Shown: in pieces, positions 1-12,393 of the stretch
Numbering within the stretch: position 1 is the stretch's first letter
How the letters are laid out: every line of letters starts with the position of its first letter
Assembly: GCA_040954595.2 (NCBI GenBank)
Contig: CM082582.2
Coordinates: 12,419,677-12,483,676, forward strand
Length of the DNA stretch: 64,000 bases
Reading direction: 5' to 3'
From: Balanoglossus misakiensis
Lineage: Eukaryota; Animalia; Hemichordata
Notes under the pieces: model-generated
What the model saw: the letters and a program-made list of their open reading frames with translations, nothing else
Database searches by the model: none
Told to the model about the DNA's origin: nothing
Program-made: the position numbers and the translations under genes

Positions 1-858
1 GTATAACCAGTTCGGTTACATCACTGGTCGTGGACGAGGAACTGCACAGATGTTGAGAGCCTCCAATATCATTCCTGGTCATTGTCTGCAAAACTAGACA
101 TTGAAGGCGAACAAATAGAGCCAAGTTAAAGTGTTTTCCATAAGTGATGTACTAAAAGATAAAGAGATCTTTAGAAAGTTCGTTCATAGTATAATCATGA
201 ACAGTTCTTGATTGCCAACATTTTACTTGCACAGTAAGAAAACAGTGCAAGTTTAAGATTTAAAATATTTGTAGCTGTTTATTGTTAACTTTGTTGAGAT
301 CGCTTGCATATACCGGTATAGGTGTATTTTGTAGTTCATAGTTTAAAGAATAAATGTTCAATTTATATATACTCCTTTCATGGATTGCTGTTGGCTCATA
401 TGTGGTCGTCCACATAGCAGTGGGTGTTTGTGTTTGTTGTTCGTGACTGGTGTAATGGTCTTTGTGTTACAAGCTATTTTATATATGTTGTGTTCATGTC
501 TGAAACTCAATCTTTTAATTTTTGTAGAATGTAGCTTGTGTAAAAAATTGCATTATGAATGTTGGCGTGTGTCATTATACTCGGCCAAGAGTTGACTGGA
601 TTGTCCCCATGTCTGAGTGATTGCATGTACACAGTGCATTGATGACCTGTTTTATGCGCCAGTACCACCTGGGGTAGAAGATACCCACCAATCATGAAGC
701 ACACGCTACTTTCCTGTCCGCTAATTAACATTAAGTAGTTGTGCAGCTGTGCGTTGTATATAGAGATTTCTATTGGTTGAGAGAGAGAGTGTATAGCTTC
801 GCCAGGTGTTTCCAATGATTCCCAGCGCTCACCACTTCATTCGTGTCGCCATATTCAT
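1..858 (-). CDS. Possible 5' exons of a further minus-strand gene running off the left edge
   Basis: Candidate join 833-858, 581-668, 1-85 stays in frame (MNMATRMKWWYWRIKQVINALCTCNHSDMGTIQSTLGRTMTRNDIGGSQ...). The second donor (gtataa) is weak and no domain is recognisable. Confidence 0.2.
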
Positions 859-960
859 GGTGAAAGCATCGTGTCGAAGGACGACATCCTTCACCCAAAA
901 GGAATAATGAAAGAGGCTGACGCGGATAACTGATTTTTCCTGGATTTTTGAGTACTTATA

Positions 961-1075
961 AGTGGAATACACATTGTGCCAGGATATTGGAGAAATTCTA
1001 AGTGGAATACTGATTGTGCCAGGATTTTGGAGAACCTATTGTGCCAGGATTTTGGAGAAATTCTCAGTGGAAATT
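961..1075. repeat. Short imperfect tandem repeat, about 40-bp unit, 2.5-3 copies
   Basis: agtggaatac..attgtgccaggat(a/t)ttggagaa recurs at 961 and 1001, with a shortened copy at about 1038. Confidence 0.75.
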
Positions 1076-2155
1076 TGTGGGATACTGCCGAAAGAAACTG
1101 CAATTCCTTCAAGTCTGTCGAAATCCAGGCGATCCACCAAGTAAAAGGTGAGCAATTTTGTTGCTAATAATGTGGCATGGTTGCATTTTTGAAACATTCT
1201 CGTGAACAAGATGGAGAACATGTTTTGTTCACCATTTCGTTCCGGGGAATACCATGTACCCTGTGATGGATGGCATTGGTCGTTTGTGTATCCTTTGTTC
1301 GGCATTTGCTCTTTATATTATATAAACATGTAACAGGCAAACGCACACCTCTCAACATGGCGTCTCTTTGAAACTGTAAGAGACATGAAGCAACCACTCG
1401 GGTTTTCTTTTAATGGCACCGAATTACAGACCAATTTTTCTGACCACATTGACTCCTGGAAAACCAGTGAGAAATTGTGAAAGAGGTTTCTCGTGTAACT
1501 TTATAAGCGCGCAGAGTGAACAATGCCATAAGATTTGTTTCGATTGCATTGAAGTCTGAGTCTGGAAAATGTGAGAGTCTTCCAGCACTAACAGTCAGAT
1601 TCAATACACGCGAAAACATGTGTCATTGTACACAGACTTTATTCAGAATTATTGAAAGATCTTCACAAAAACAGGCGATAGGAAATATGAAAGAAAAAAC
1701 TTGTAAAACTCACAAAGAATTGTTTTAAAGCAACAACTTTTCCTCATTTTCTTTTGTTAATGTTAGATATATTATTATTTAAGGAAACAGTTCTTTTAGT
1801 ATTGAGTTAAGTAGATTCGCACTGAGAATATAATGTGAACTTAGATTCAACAAGTTTTTAAAAATACAAAAAAACAGTTGTAGCAAAATGCTCTTATTGT
1901 GAATGAGGATATCTAAATAATCACAAGGCCACTTGTAGAATATAACATTCGAAATCCATGTTTTCCAAAGACCGATTGTACTCTTCTGTCGAATTACACT
2001 CAGAAACGCTGTCCATTTCAACTTCTGAATTGCTTTGTAGACTTTTCCATTTTTCCGTTCGTTCAGATCACCGATTCTGATTTCCCATTCCGCATGTTCC
2101 AAACCCTTTTCCTTGTTTTCGTACTTGGCGACGCCCGAAAAGCGGGGTACGCTTC

Positions 2156-2290
2156 TTACATGCTCATGTCCAAGTAGAGCCCCAGACAGAGACGCAGTTC
2201 ATCTCGTTGTATCTTGCCGTCTTTGTTCTTGTCACAGTTGGAGAGAATGCCTTTCTTGAAGAGTTCAACCTGGGTCACACTTAGGTTTTC
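2156..2290 (-). CDS. SCGN: SCGN-like exon 11 (terminal)
   Basis: cag|ENLSVTQVELFKKGILSNCDKNKDGKIQRDELRLCLGLYLDMSM* (TAA); candidate AATAAA on the minus strand at 1638-1643. Confidence 0.9.
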   Translation of the reverse strand, partial: ENLSVTQVELFKKGILSNCDKNKDGKIQRDELRLCLGLYLDMSM

Positions 2291-5200
2291 CTGCAATGTC
2301 AATGTTAGTTGTCAGTGTCGGGTGTTGGGATTTTTGTTGTCTTTGCTGCAATGGAGAATGGTTCAATAACCGATAATCTGGCAGTACTTTGCTCTGAGAT
2401 CAAGCATACAACTCATCAAAAAAAACAAAGATGTGGCCTGTGAACGCCACAAGATGGCGCTATACTTACCATGTCTGGTGACATCAAATCGGCGACGAAG
2501 GCGTCCAGTTCATCGCCCTCAATGGCCCCAGTCTTGCTCTGTGTAGTGATACAGTGATATATTAGCAATGTATAATATCATTTTAATCGATATTGTCTTG
2601 TACATGGAAAACAAACACCGACAACACAATTGGTGGTGTGCGCCCCCTACCTTGTCGTAATAGTCGAACACTTTGTTGAAATGCCTCTGTTTCTCTTTGT
2701 AAGTCATGGTCTGAAAGAGAGAAATTATCGTTCATCAAAATGTTGCCGAGCAACTATCGAATACTAAGTTGGCATGCACGCAATATTGTCGACAGCTGTC
2801 TGGTACTAATGACGCTCGTGTTTCATCTACTCATCTGAGAGTCAGTGAGATTTCCTGGAGGCTAGTATTTGTCAAAAGAACAATTCAAATAATTAATCTA
2901 GTTCTACATTTGTTCAACGTATTCATCCCATCGTTCAAAGTCATAACGTGTGGGTCACGGTCTACATACGAGTTATAATCCTACTATTTCTAAATACTAT
3001 GCCATTACTTTGTTTAAATAATATCACCACCTGCAAAAATCAATGACATTAATTACTATTGACTACGACCCATCTGTGAGTTACAGCTGGGCAACTGCAA
3101 AATATCATTAAAAATTTACAACGAAGCATCTCCCCTTCATATCCCCGTGGGCTTTAAGCGACTCGTATTCAAGCACCCCCTTACCTTACTCTTAAGTTCA
3201 AACTGGGTCAGAAAATTATCTTGTGGCTCAATCGATAGAATTCTAAACAGGAATAATGAAATGTTTGGGTTAGTATTGCGCATACGTACTTGGTAAAGTG
3301 CACTTTTAATGGAAGTAGCATAGCACAGCCTTTTGAAAAATCCGTCTCAATCAACATCATGAAGAATGAGTTGGTTCTGTATGCCCTTTGGCTCACTACA
3401 AACATTTCGGCTCTAAATTTTTATTTTTCGTAGAAGAATAAGCAAATATTCGCAGAATATCTATCCTTTGAGACATACATTAATCAGGTATACACGTGAG
3501 AAAGGACAGCTGTCGTTGGCTTGTATTAAAGCGTCAAATGCAAAAAAAAAAACTGTGCAGATATTAATTCCGTTGCTATGCTGAATGTTCAAACAGTTAA
3601 TATGTTTCTCATCGATTCCGAACTAACCTAGCCATTTCCTTGAGTCCGAGCCTGCCGTCGCCATTTTTGTCGAATATTTTGAGCTGCCGGGGAAACACAT
3701 GTAATCTGGCATCATTGAATCATACTGCATATGCGACCAGACCATACGAACAACAATGTTTCAATGGAATGAAAATCAATAGAAGCATATGGTCTTACAA
3801 ATTCCGACGGCTTGGAAGCACGCATCAAATGTATTATGAATGGCTAGAACCAAATATGCCTGAGGCGTTCCGTTTAAATGATTGTTGTGGCCATTGAATG
3901 ACTACTTACAATTCCCTTCGTGTATTCTTCAAGTTTTTCCTCTTCGACGTCTTTTCCCCTTTTGCGTAATAAATCTCGGATGAAGTACTGAGTGGAAAAG
4001 TAGTGCAGACAGAAGGAAAAACAAGAAAAATATTGATCTTTGTGTGATTCGTGTTCTTATTAAGTGTAGGCCTACGTTAGGTGTTTCAAATCACTTCTCA
4101 TGGTGCCTTTCTTAGTCATATAATTACAGGAGGATTGGCATGATAAAAATGGAAATAATTTGTGATAAATCATGGTTTTCATTTATGATGTTTTCTTATC
4201 ATTTCACACCATTGTAGCTGCTTCTAGAATTCTGTCTTGTCACACGTCTTACCTTGAGCTCATCGGCGTTGATGTACCCACTTTTGTCGTTGTCATATTT
4301 ACGCCAAAGCTGTTGGTAGCATATTAGGAGTAGGGAATGAAAAGAAAACAAGTCATTAATGTGAAACATGATGTCAGTACGTATTGTTAGATGGCGATCG
4401 ATGGCAAAATGTCCCTGCTTGTCGTAATGAAATCAGGTACGGTCTTTTGTTCTACATCAATAAAAATGCAATATTTTGAAGAGACGCCTGTCCCACTTTA
4501 ATGTTTTTGGCCTGAGGCGATTTTTATTTGGTCAATTTTTCACCCAATTAATCCATTACAGAAGAGTGCATTTCATTCTACATTTACCATCAGACAGGTT
4601 GCTTATTTGAATAATTAATTAATGGTTGACAGACAGAACAGCGTTGTAGTACAAATATTTGCCATTTTGATACTATTCTTCCTAGTGTCTTTGCTTTTAA
4701 CTGAGCCCTTAATACATATTTTCAGTTGTTTGTTCTAAAATGAATGATTATTTAGTAATGAAGGGGTTACAGGGGGAAACATATGCACGCGACGAGGCCC
4801 TTGGGGTTGTCTGTTGATAACATACAGCATAAACACATATATACAAGCATAAAACTCAATTTGTTCTTATTTCATTTGATTTCGCTTACTCTCATAATAG
4901 CTCTGAAAGGAATAAAACATTGGCATCAACGATTGAGATTCTAATTCTCGCACCATAATGTTGCCATATGCACAAACAGGTCTTAATATGCTCTACAGCT
5001 GCCCATTAAAGTCGACCTGATTGAGCTATGATGAAGGAATGCAAGTAATCAAGGTAAACGACCGACCAAGGACACAATTAACGGTCATAATCAAAGGCAA
5101 TCTAATTTAACAATGGCGTACAATCAAGAACATGAACAATTTAAAAATGCGTCTGCATCGTTTTATTATGTGACGCAGGGCCATAGTCATCTGTCTCACC

Positions 5201-8200
5201 TCCATCATGTCTACACTCGATTCAAGTCGTTCTTCGCGACGGAATAACAGTATAAACGTCTCATCTGTCGGCATGATGTTAGATAACTGCAAAAATAAGA
5301 CAAATTCAAATTCATAAAACAATCCGTTTTACAGTCTCGTGATAAACCTCCCGTTGCCATGGAGAAGTACATTTCCTATGGAAGAACCGTCGGTTCTCAT
5401 TTTTGACGCGGCGTTGATAATAAAGATGAGAGCAACGGAACCTGACATTAATGGTCTCCCTGACAACGACTGTCCTTTTCATTCACCTCCTTGGATACGC
5501 GTGAAAGACTGCATTCGAATCTGATTGCTTTGAAGTAGAGAAGAAAACTCTGAACACTTCGAGATATTATTCTAACGGAAGTTTTCACAACGAGACGTGA
5601 CTGTCGGTTCGTCCAGCAGATCTTACCTCGGTAATAGCAATTCTACCATCGCCGGCGTCGTCATAAGCAGACATGAAACAGTCTTTCATGTCCTTTACAG
5701 TTTGGTCGGAGATTTCCTGTAATAAACCGAAGAAAAATTCGTATATTCGTTTGATCATTCACCGGTTGTTTTAACAGAGGAAACCGGACGAAACACTAAG
5801 GTCATTGATAACGTTGTTGCACTGTCAACCCATGATTTAAACATCTAATCTTAATCGAGAGATTACCAGATAATCATCTAATTTGAACCGGGGGATTCTG
5901 GCTTAGGCCGTTAATCTAGACCTATAGAGATTCGTAGTTTCTTGGTCAGATTAAATTCAAAAACTACTCAATAAACCGCATTCGTTGCCGTTTGATGTAA
6001 CCTCAACGCCATTGAAATGAATTACATCTTGATTTGTTACAACCTTGTTGGATTGGTTTCTATGGCGACAAATACCTTGCAAAGGTCGGTAAATTGGCTT
6101 GAAATGAAAATTATCATAGTGCACATAAAATTACGTTTTGATGGCTCGTAACGAATGGCCACGGTCTGACCTTTAGGAAGAATGATAATTAAATGTCTTC
6201 GTTATCGTAAATTGTACCTGGTTGTCTTGATGTTGAATATCCTGTTTTTTCAAGGGAACATCGATAGAGGGCGGCTCTTTGTTGTGACGTGTCGGTTTTT
6301 GATTGGACAAGGGCAACAAGCCTGATTCCTCATTTTGCGCATGACAGGAAACCCCCATGTGACCAATCTGACAAATTATCGGCAAGTCACGTAAAGTTCC
6401 ATATCTGATGGAGCTGCTGCCATAAAACTGCTACAAATTATGTCTGCTCAAATTTATTACTCTGATGTACATCAGAATTACATACATGGAATATTTGCAG
6501 CGCAGTGAATGTGTAGAATATCCGAGTTCTATAATTTTTCAGCCAAGAAAACCTGTGACCCCTTCACAATTCGATTGAAAAGAAAACTCACCACCTGTAA
6601 ATTCAATGGTTGCTTATATTATTATAAACAGATGATGGATTTGCGGATAGAGTTGGATAAATTATTCGGGTTTTTGTTTTATCGATTAACCTTACTCCCG
6701 TTTGCCATGTTCGAACTTGTGAAGGTACTACTCTATCATGATCGTGAATAGAAAGGTTATCAGGTGTCAAATGAAAACACGTGCTCAGAACGATGGAATA
6801 GTAATTATTGAAAAATTAATGAGTTTCTGAATTTATGGGAAGATGTACAGATTATAGCAGTACGTATACGTGCTCCATTTCGTACATAATTGAGAAAATG
6901 AAAATGAATGGACGGTACTCTGTGTTTCGACACTGTTTTGAAATTCAAGTGGTGGAACTACAGACAGATTCTCCTTGTCTGTGTTTGAACGTACCTGGTG
7001 CGATACAAAAAAAATCGAGCAAATTTGAACAGAGCTATTTCAGCCAGAAGACTACACTTCGAAGGTAATCGACTGTTAATGAGCAAAAGTGCATATTTAA
7101 TTACACTCAGGTCAACCTTTCATTGGCATGTTACTTGTTTCATTTGTACATGATGTGGAGAGACAGGTGTGACCAAATTAATTTCGTAGTTGAGTGTTCT
7201 GAGGACAATTACCATGGTGACTTCAATGTTTCTGTAATTGCCTACTCTGAACACAGAACTGAACACTGCGCACACGCAGATCCCTATCCTTTTATTATTT
7301 GTCCACTTGTTGATTTTGATATAATCAATGTATTAAAATTCAGGTCACGTTGTTGACGCATTATCATTTATCTATACCAATACTAGCTATGATGAATATC
7401 ACTACGAAATGAAGTCCAGATAAAATCAAAAAAACATATCCACTTTATGACAATCAACTATTCCATTACCGCGATCAGCAACACACTTCTGTCAGTATTA
7501 TTCTCTTTTTATTTGCGTATCGTTTTCAGTATCCAACAGAGACCTATCACACGCTGGGCAGATTTCACTCATGAATAAACACAGCTCGAAAGGCTGAATT
7601 CACATTTGCATATTCGTTACATTTTTTCTTTCTCTGTGGGATATTGCAATATTGAGGAACAAAAAATATATTTGATTCTACGCGAGAGAAGTATAATCTG
7701 ACGGGCGGATGTCGTGAATTGATCCAAGGAAATCCGTAACCGTCGCCATGGGATACAAGGGAAAAAGGCTCGCCAGGTTGAATGCAAATGCACTGCCTTA
7801 AAGTTAAACGAGCGCCTTTTCACGTATTCATTAGTTTTTGAGAAAGTTGTCAAACACCCACTGTAATGGTATGTTGTGACGACCACGTGACGGGGCAACT
7901 TAAAGAAACTGACATAACGTGCCATCAATGTGACCTCAATCCTATAGTTTCCAGGATTTCTCGAAAGCAACGCTCTGACAATGATGAAACACTTTATAAT
8001 TCTATGGAGACATGTTTGTTCTGTCAGGGGAGTCTTACCTTGTCACCGGTCATGGTTTGCAGTAAATCACGAAAGAAGAGATCCAGGCCGTCCTCATCAA
8101 TGTATCCGCTGTCTGTTGAGGTGAAAGAGAAATGAATATTGGAATTATTCACACATTCAAGTGCCTGCAATATAGCATTGCACTCAGCTGTAGTTATGAA

Positions 8201-11200
8201 TGGACAGATGGTCACCTTTGTGGTGCCTTTTGAATTGTTCTAGTATTGGTTGTCAAGGATGCTTGATGGTGCAAATACTGCGTCAGATTTATGCGAAAAA
8301 ACACAATTTTGATGCGATCTTGATGGTGTGATGTGATGGTATACAGCTGTATATATCCATACAGCTGTAAATTGACAATGAGCTCAGGTGTGGAAATAAG
8401 TGCAATTGACATGTACAGATGGAGCCCGCCATTCAAAATTTGAAAAGTCCAGAAATTCAGGGTCGGTGACCTCAAGCTGACCCACTCATCCATGGCGCGT
8501 TTTCTTCAGGGTCATTTGTTGTTATCACGCATGCGTTTCGTGTCATATGACTGCCCCTGAGGTGAGTAATTGCATTGAACAACCTGTCATCAAGGCACGT
8601 CGGGTTTCTGTAGACGTGCTTCATCACATTTCTGTCGGATCATTTTATTCCCGAACTTTCAATTACTCAACAGAAATGTGAATTCATGCGTTAATCATTC
8701 TTCTAGGAGCTGTCCATACGGTCCAATCACAGCTCATCAATAGTGAACTGGAAAACTCGATTTCTAGGTCACAGGTCACAGGGGGCATGGTTTGCTGAAT
8801 CTTTTTAGTTGTTTCATTAAAATAGTGTAAAGTTCTGTGAAAACAGGTCCTGTTTGTGCATTGCCAAAGAGCGTTGACATGGCAACAGAAAACCCATAAA
8901 TATTATATTGAAATTCCATTTCCCGCAGTATATTTATTTCACGTACTTATTTCACCTACTTATTTCATGTTATATTTGTTAATAATTTATTATTTATAAA
9001 CTAACTTATAATAATTTGACAAGCCATTCCCCAATGATTACTACGTTCCTGAAACAGTTTTGCTGTTTACTGCTTTTATGCAAAATTTCGTTCAGGGAAG
9101 CTATTATGGACTCTAATCGTATTTCAAAGTGTGACTAATTGAAGTTAAAAGCTCTGATAATTGAGATACATGCATGTACTAAACGGACGGGTATAGATAA
9201 GGCATTGCTGCTTAGCGACGCTAGCGAACACGACGATCGAAACAAAATGAGAGCGTGAGCAGCAAATCTTCAGGCAAGATTCGTACTGAAAGCGAAACCT
9301 CTCTCGGCGTGTTAGGGTAATGATGTCAGTGTATGGAGAGAATACAATTTAGCCACTTTGCCAATGAAGGGAATCGAATAAATCTACCGAGAATTTAATC
9401 CCTGTGCTGTCAGACCTTTTGTATTCAGTTGCGGGAGTGGTTCGATGTAATTTGCATTTACGGTTCAAACTTTGCATCCGGGGAAGAGGCAATGAGATGT
9501 TACCATAGGAATAGGTTTTAATGTGATCTAACATTTCAATGGATATAAATCGGATAAGACTGTCATGTCAATTCTTAAAGGATTTTACCCGAAAATACTC
9601 AAGTTGCAGCACTGGCCTTTTGACATAAAATTTAGATGGATAAATGAACAAATTATTCGGATATGTGGTTTGAGGGACTGTGGTTTGAGTGTTTAAGAGA
9701 GGCTTCGATATCACGTGCTTTGAAATATTGTACGAAAACGAGAGTTATAAAGGGCGTTATAACATCTGAAGTGTTGCAAAAGGAAACTATTGTACAAGAT
9801 TATTTGAACCCAGAAGGCAGAATTCATAGAGATGTCAATCATACACTCTGTGGAAATTTTGATTCAATAATCCAATTTAAAACATCAAAGGAATCAATAA
9901 CGCATAAAATACTCTTAGAGAATATAACTAGCTTCCTTAGTTATAGTAACCAAGTGCCACGAACTGCCAGTTACCGTCATGCCATGCTGTCAGAAGTATT
10001 GGTAGTTATATTTTAATGTATACGCCGACGATTTTAATTAAATTTCAACCAGCTACTATAGTCTCTAATGTCAATGAATGTTTTCTGACATAGAAATAAT
10101 TGGTTTCCTCGATTTAGAGTCGCGTGGTTGTATAATGACACTCTGGTTGAATCAGTCAGTGCCATATAACAACGGGAAATTATTTTAAAACGCACCTTTT
10201 TCATTAGTGCATTATCGACAAGCAATATCAACTTCACCATAGCAAATTTACATAACAACAGCAAAATGTGAGCACGGTGTGTTTCAGGTATGGTGATAAT
10301 TATGCACGCAGAGATAACTACGAATGAACGCCATAATGTTCTGAAAACATAGTCATCTCTTGGATGACTTTACAAATGAGACGCAAGACGACGCGGGTCT
10401 GCAGGGATAGTGGGTTAATCCCTTTTAAAACCAAGATTATTTAGGAAAGCTTTTACGGGAGACAGGAGACGCGGCACTTAAGGTTTCATGCCTTTGTTAA
10501 TTACGTATGCTGCAACTTAAAGGCAAGGCTCTGGTGAGTTAAGGTAAAACCAAACAACGCCGCTGGCGAGGCTGAACTCAATATTGTCGGCGGACATGCT
10601 TCTACTAGATGGTATTGATGACTATGCATCTGTGCACGTGATCCGTAATCACTGTGCCTGAAATTGCAATTAGAATTTTGAATCTGCCAGCGCACACAGT
10701 CGCCCCAGAAGCTAAGATGATTTCCGGTGTCATATTTGAAAAATTGGTGTGAGATAAATGCATCGTTTTGTGATAGCGATAATCGTTTTGTTTCCTGTTA
10801 ACCATCAAAGACTATTGGGTGCTTCCGCCCTAATAATTTATTGTAATCAATTATTGGAATCCGAGTCTTTTAGCGGGCGATTTGAATGATAATACATGTT
10901 TATATAATGTGGTCAAGGGTCAGGCGTACTTTCTACTATTTCGTACGAGTAGAGTAATGCTGTTCTCATTTGTTTGTTAAGATCAGACTCAGCCTTGTGT
11001 GTTGATCGACTGTGTCTTGTCTCTCTTTGTGCCAGTATTAGCATGAATATACCAGCTTAAACATCAAGGACACTGCAGTCATTACCAATACGCATAATAA
11101 AACCCTAGTTCATCAAATAAATAGACCCCGCGTTGTCATATCGACGGAGGCGATACGTGCATCGAATATTTGCGCATAAATGATCTCAGAAGGGGATTTT

Positions 11201-12393
11201 GAAATAGCGCTCGCTTAAAATTGATTACGCATTGGGCTGACACACTTTCACCTTGAATTTACGATCGATCGTTTTCTATAGATTTTATTCAATTTTTCTT
11301 GTACCATGCATACTGTTGTGAGTTATAGTTGACCGCCATCAATCATGGCTATCATTTTCATGATGTTGAGCACGGTTACCATGGATATGATGATTTTCAT
11401 TTTCAAAGAATCGCAAAAAGGAGGTATACGTTAGTCATGCGGCCTTTATGATGTCATTGATGGACCAAGTACAGGCTATGTAAATATCGGTTTGTCATTG
11501 AACGACTCGAGTACGTTGTTTGTTCTACATTATGAAGTGCGACCATTTAAGGTGAGTGGAACCGAGGCGCGAAAAGGGAATTGCATGTGCGTGCATAAAT
11601 CACTCCAGTGCCCTAAAAATAAGTTAGAATTTTTGTGCAAATACAGATTATGCAAAATCTATGTACTTTCACGTCGCCATTAAATCTGTCCATGTGTAAA
11701 CTGCATGTTAAAAATTCACACTCCTGGAAGTGATGTAAATGAACTTGTTGACAACTGTGTTGTCATTTATGATGGCCCGAAAACTAGAAAATAATAAACG
11801 TTAGAATAAAATACGAGTTCTAAAATAAATTGCTAAAAATCTCCTTACAAATCTGTTTGATATCGATCACATCAGTCGTTAACGTAGACTTGAAAAAGAG
11901 AGAGAGAAAGAGAGGGGGGGGGGGGGAGAGACAGCCGCGACCCCGCTTAGATTAGTGCTGAAATTAATGTCCATATTTTGTCAACTTCCCGTCTCTCAGA
12001 GTCTATGCAATTAGGTTAATAACAGCACAATGTGATTATGATTCATTCACATCTGTTGGTAGCAGACGACATTAATATGAAAACGTAGTAAACGATTAAT
12101 ATTCAATGTGATTATGGAATAGATATAATTTTGAGATGCGACTATTCAGCTTTCTGCTTTATGAGAAAATTGTTGCCTCATCAACACAACGCGATGAGTC
12201 AACGGCTGTATCATCGTGCGTTTATAGTAAACAACGCCCAGAACACGAGACTAGTGAATGACCTACCGTTGCTATCGTAATGTTGCCAGATCTCTCCAAA
12301 TTTATCCGCCGTTAACCTGCCTGTATTTGGAAATTTCGACAAGAAATTCTCATATTTCTCGTGCTTTTTGGTGATTTTCTTATACTGAGCCAT
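2156..12393 (-). CDS. SCGN: Secretagogin-like hexa-EF-hand Ca2+-binding protein, 11 coding exons, 296 aa
   Basis: Hand-spliced join (minus): 12267-12393, 8039-8112, 5627-5716, 5200-5286, 4253-4309, 3910-3987, 3628-3683, 3185-3242, 2651-2710, 2470-2538, 2156-2290. All introns are GT-AG with consistent phases; 891 nt in total. The motifs GRLTADKFGEIWQHYD, FDYYDKSKTGAIEG and CDKNKDGKIQRDELRLCLGL resemble vertebrate secretagogin as I recall it ([32 protein letters not shown]). Orthology is by recognition, not by a tree. Confidence 0.88.
2470..2538 (-). CDS. SCGN: SCGN-like exon 10
   Basis: cag|SKTGAIEGDELDAFVADLMSPDM|gtaagt, 69 nt. Confidence 0.9.
2651..2710 (-). CDS. SCGN: SCGN-like exon 9
   Basis: cag|TMTYKEKQRHFNKVFDYYDK|gtagg, 60 nt. 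Confidence 0.88.
3185..3242 (-). CDS. SCGN: SCGN-like exon 8
   Basis: tag|(R)ILSIEPQDNFLTQFELKSK|gtaagg, 58 nt. An overlapping GTAAG donor 5 nt earlier would break the phase. Confidence 0.8.
3628..3683 (-). CDS. SCGN: SCGN-like exon 7
   Basis: cag|LKIFDKNGDGRLGLKEMA(R)|gttag, 56 nt, phase 2. Confidence 0.9.
3910..3987 (-). CDS. SCGN: SCGN-like exon 6
   Basis: cag|YFIRDLLRKRGKDVEEEKLEEYTKGI|gtaagt, 78 nt. Confidence 0.9.
4253..4309 (-). CDS. SCGN: SCGN-like exon 5
   Basis: cag|LWRKYDNDKSGYINADELK|gtaag, 57 nt. Confidence 0.9.
5200..5286 (-). CDS. SCGN: SCGN-like exon 4
   Basis: cag|LSNIMPTDETFILLFRREERLESSVDMME|gtgag, 87 nt. Confidence 0.9.
5627..5716 (-). CDS. SCGN: SCGN-like exon 3
   Basis: cag|EISDQTVKDMKDCFMSAYDDAGDGRIAITE|gtaag, 90 nt. 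Confidence 0.9.
8039..8112 (-). CDS. SCGN: SCGN-like exon 2
   Basis: cag|(D)SGYIDEDGLDLFFRDLLQTMTGDK|gtaag, 74 nt. Confidence 0.9.
12267..12393 (-). CDS. SCGN: SCGN-like exon 1
   Basis: MAQYKKITKKHEKYENFLSKFPNTGRLTADKFGEIWQHYDSN+G, donor gtaggt, phase 1. Confidence 0.88.

Noticed and set aside
6990-7135. Tc1/mariner-like end (tacctggtgcgatacaaaaaaa)
   Set aside because: No matching inverted partner or TSD was found.
8706-8726. REST/RE1-like GGAGCTGTCC
   Set aside because: Only a half-site is present; the TTCAGCACC half is missing at the expected spacing.
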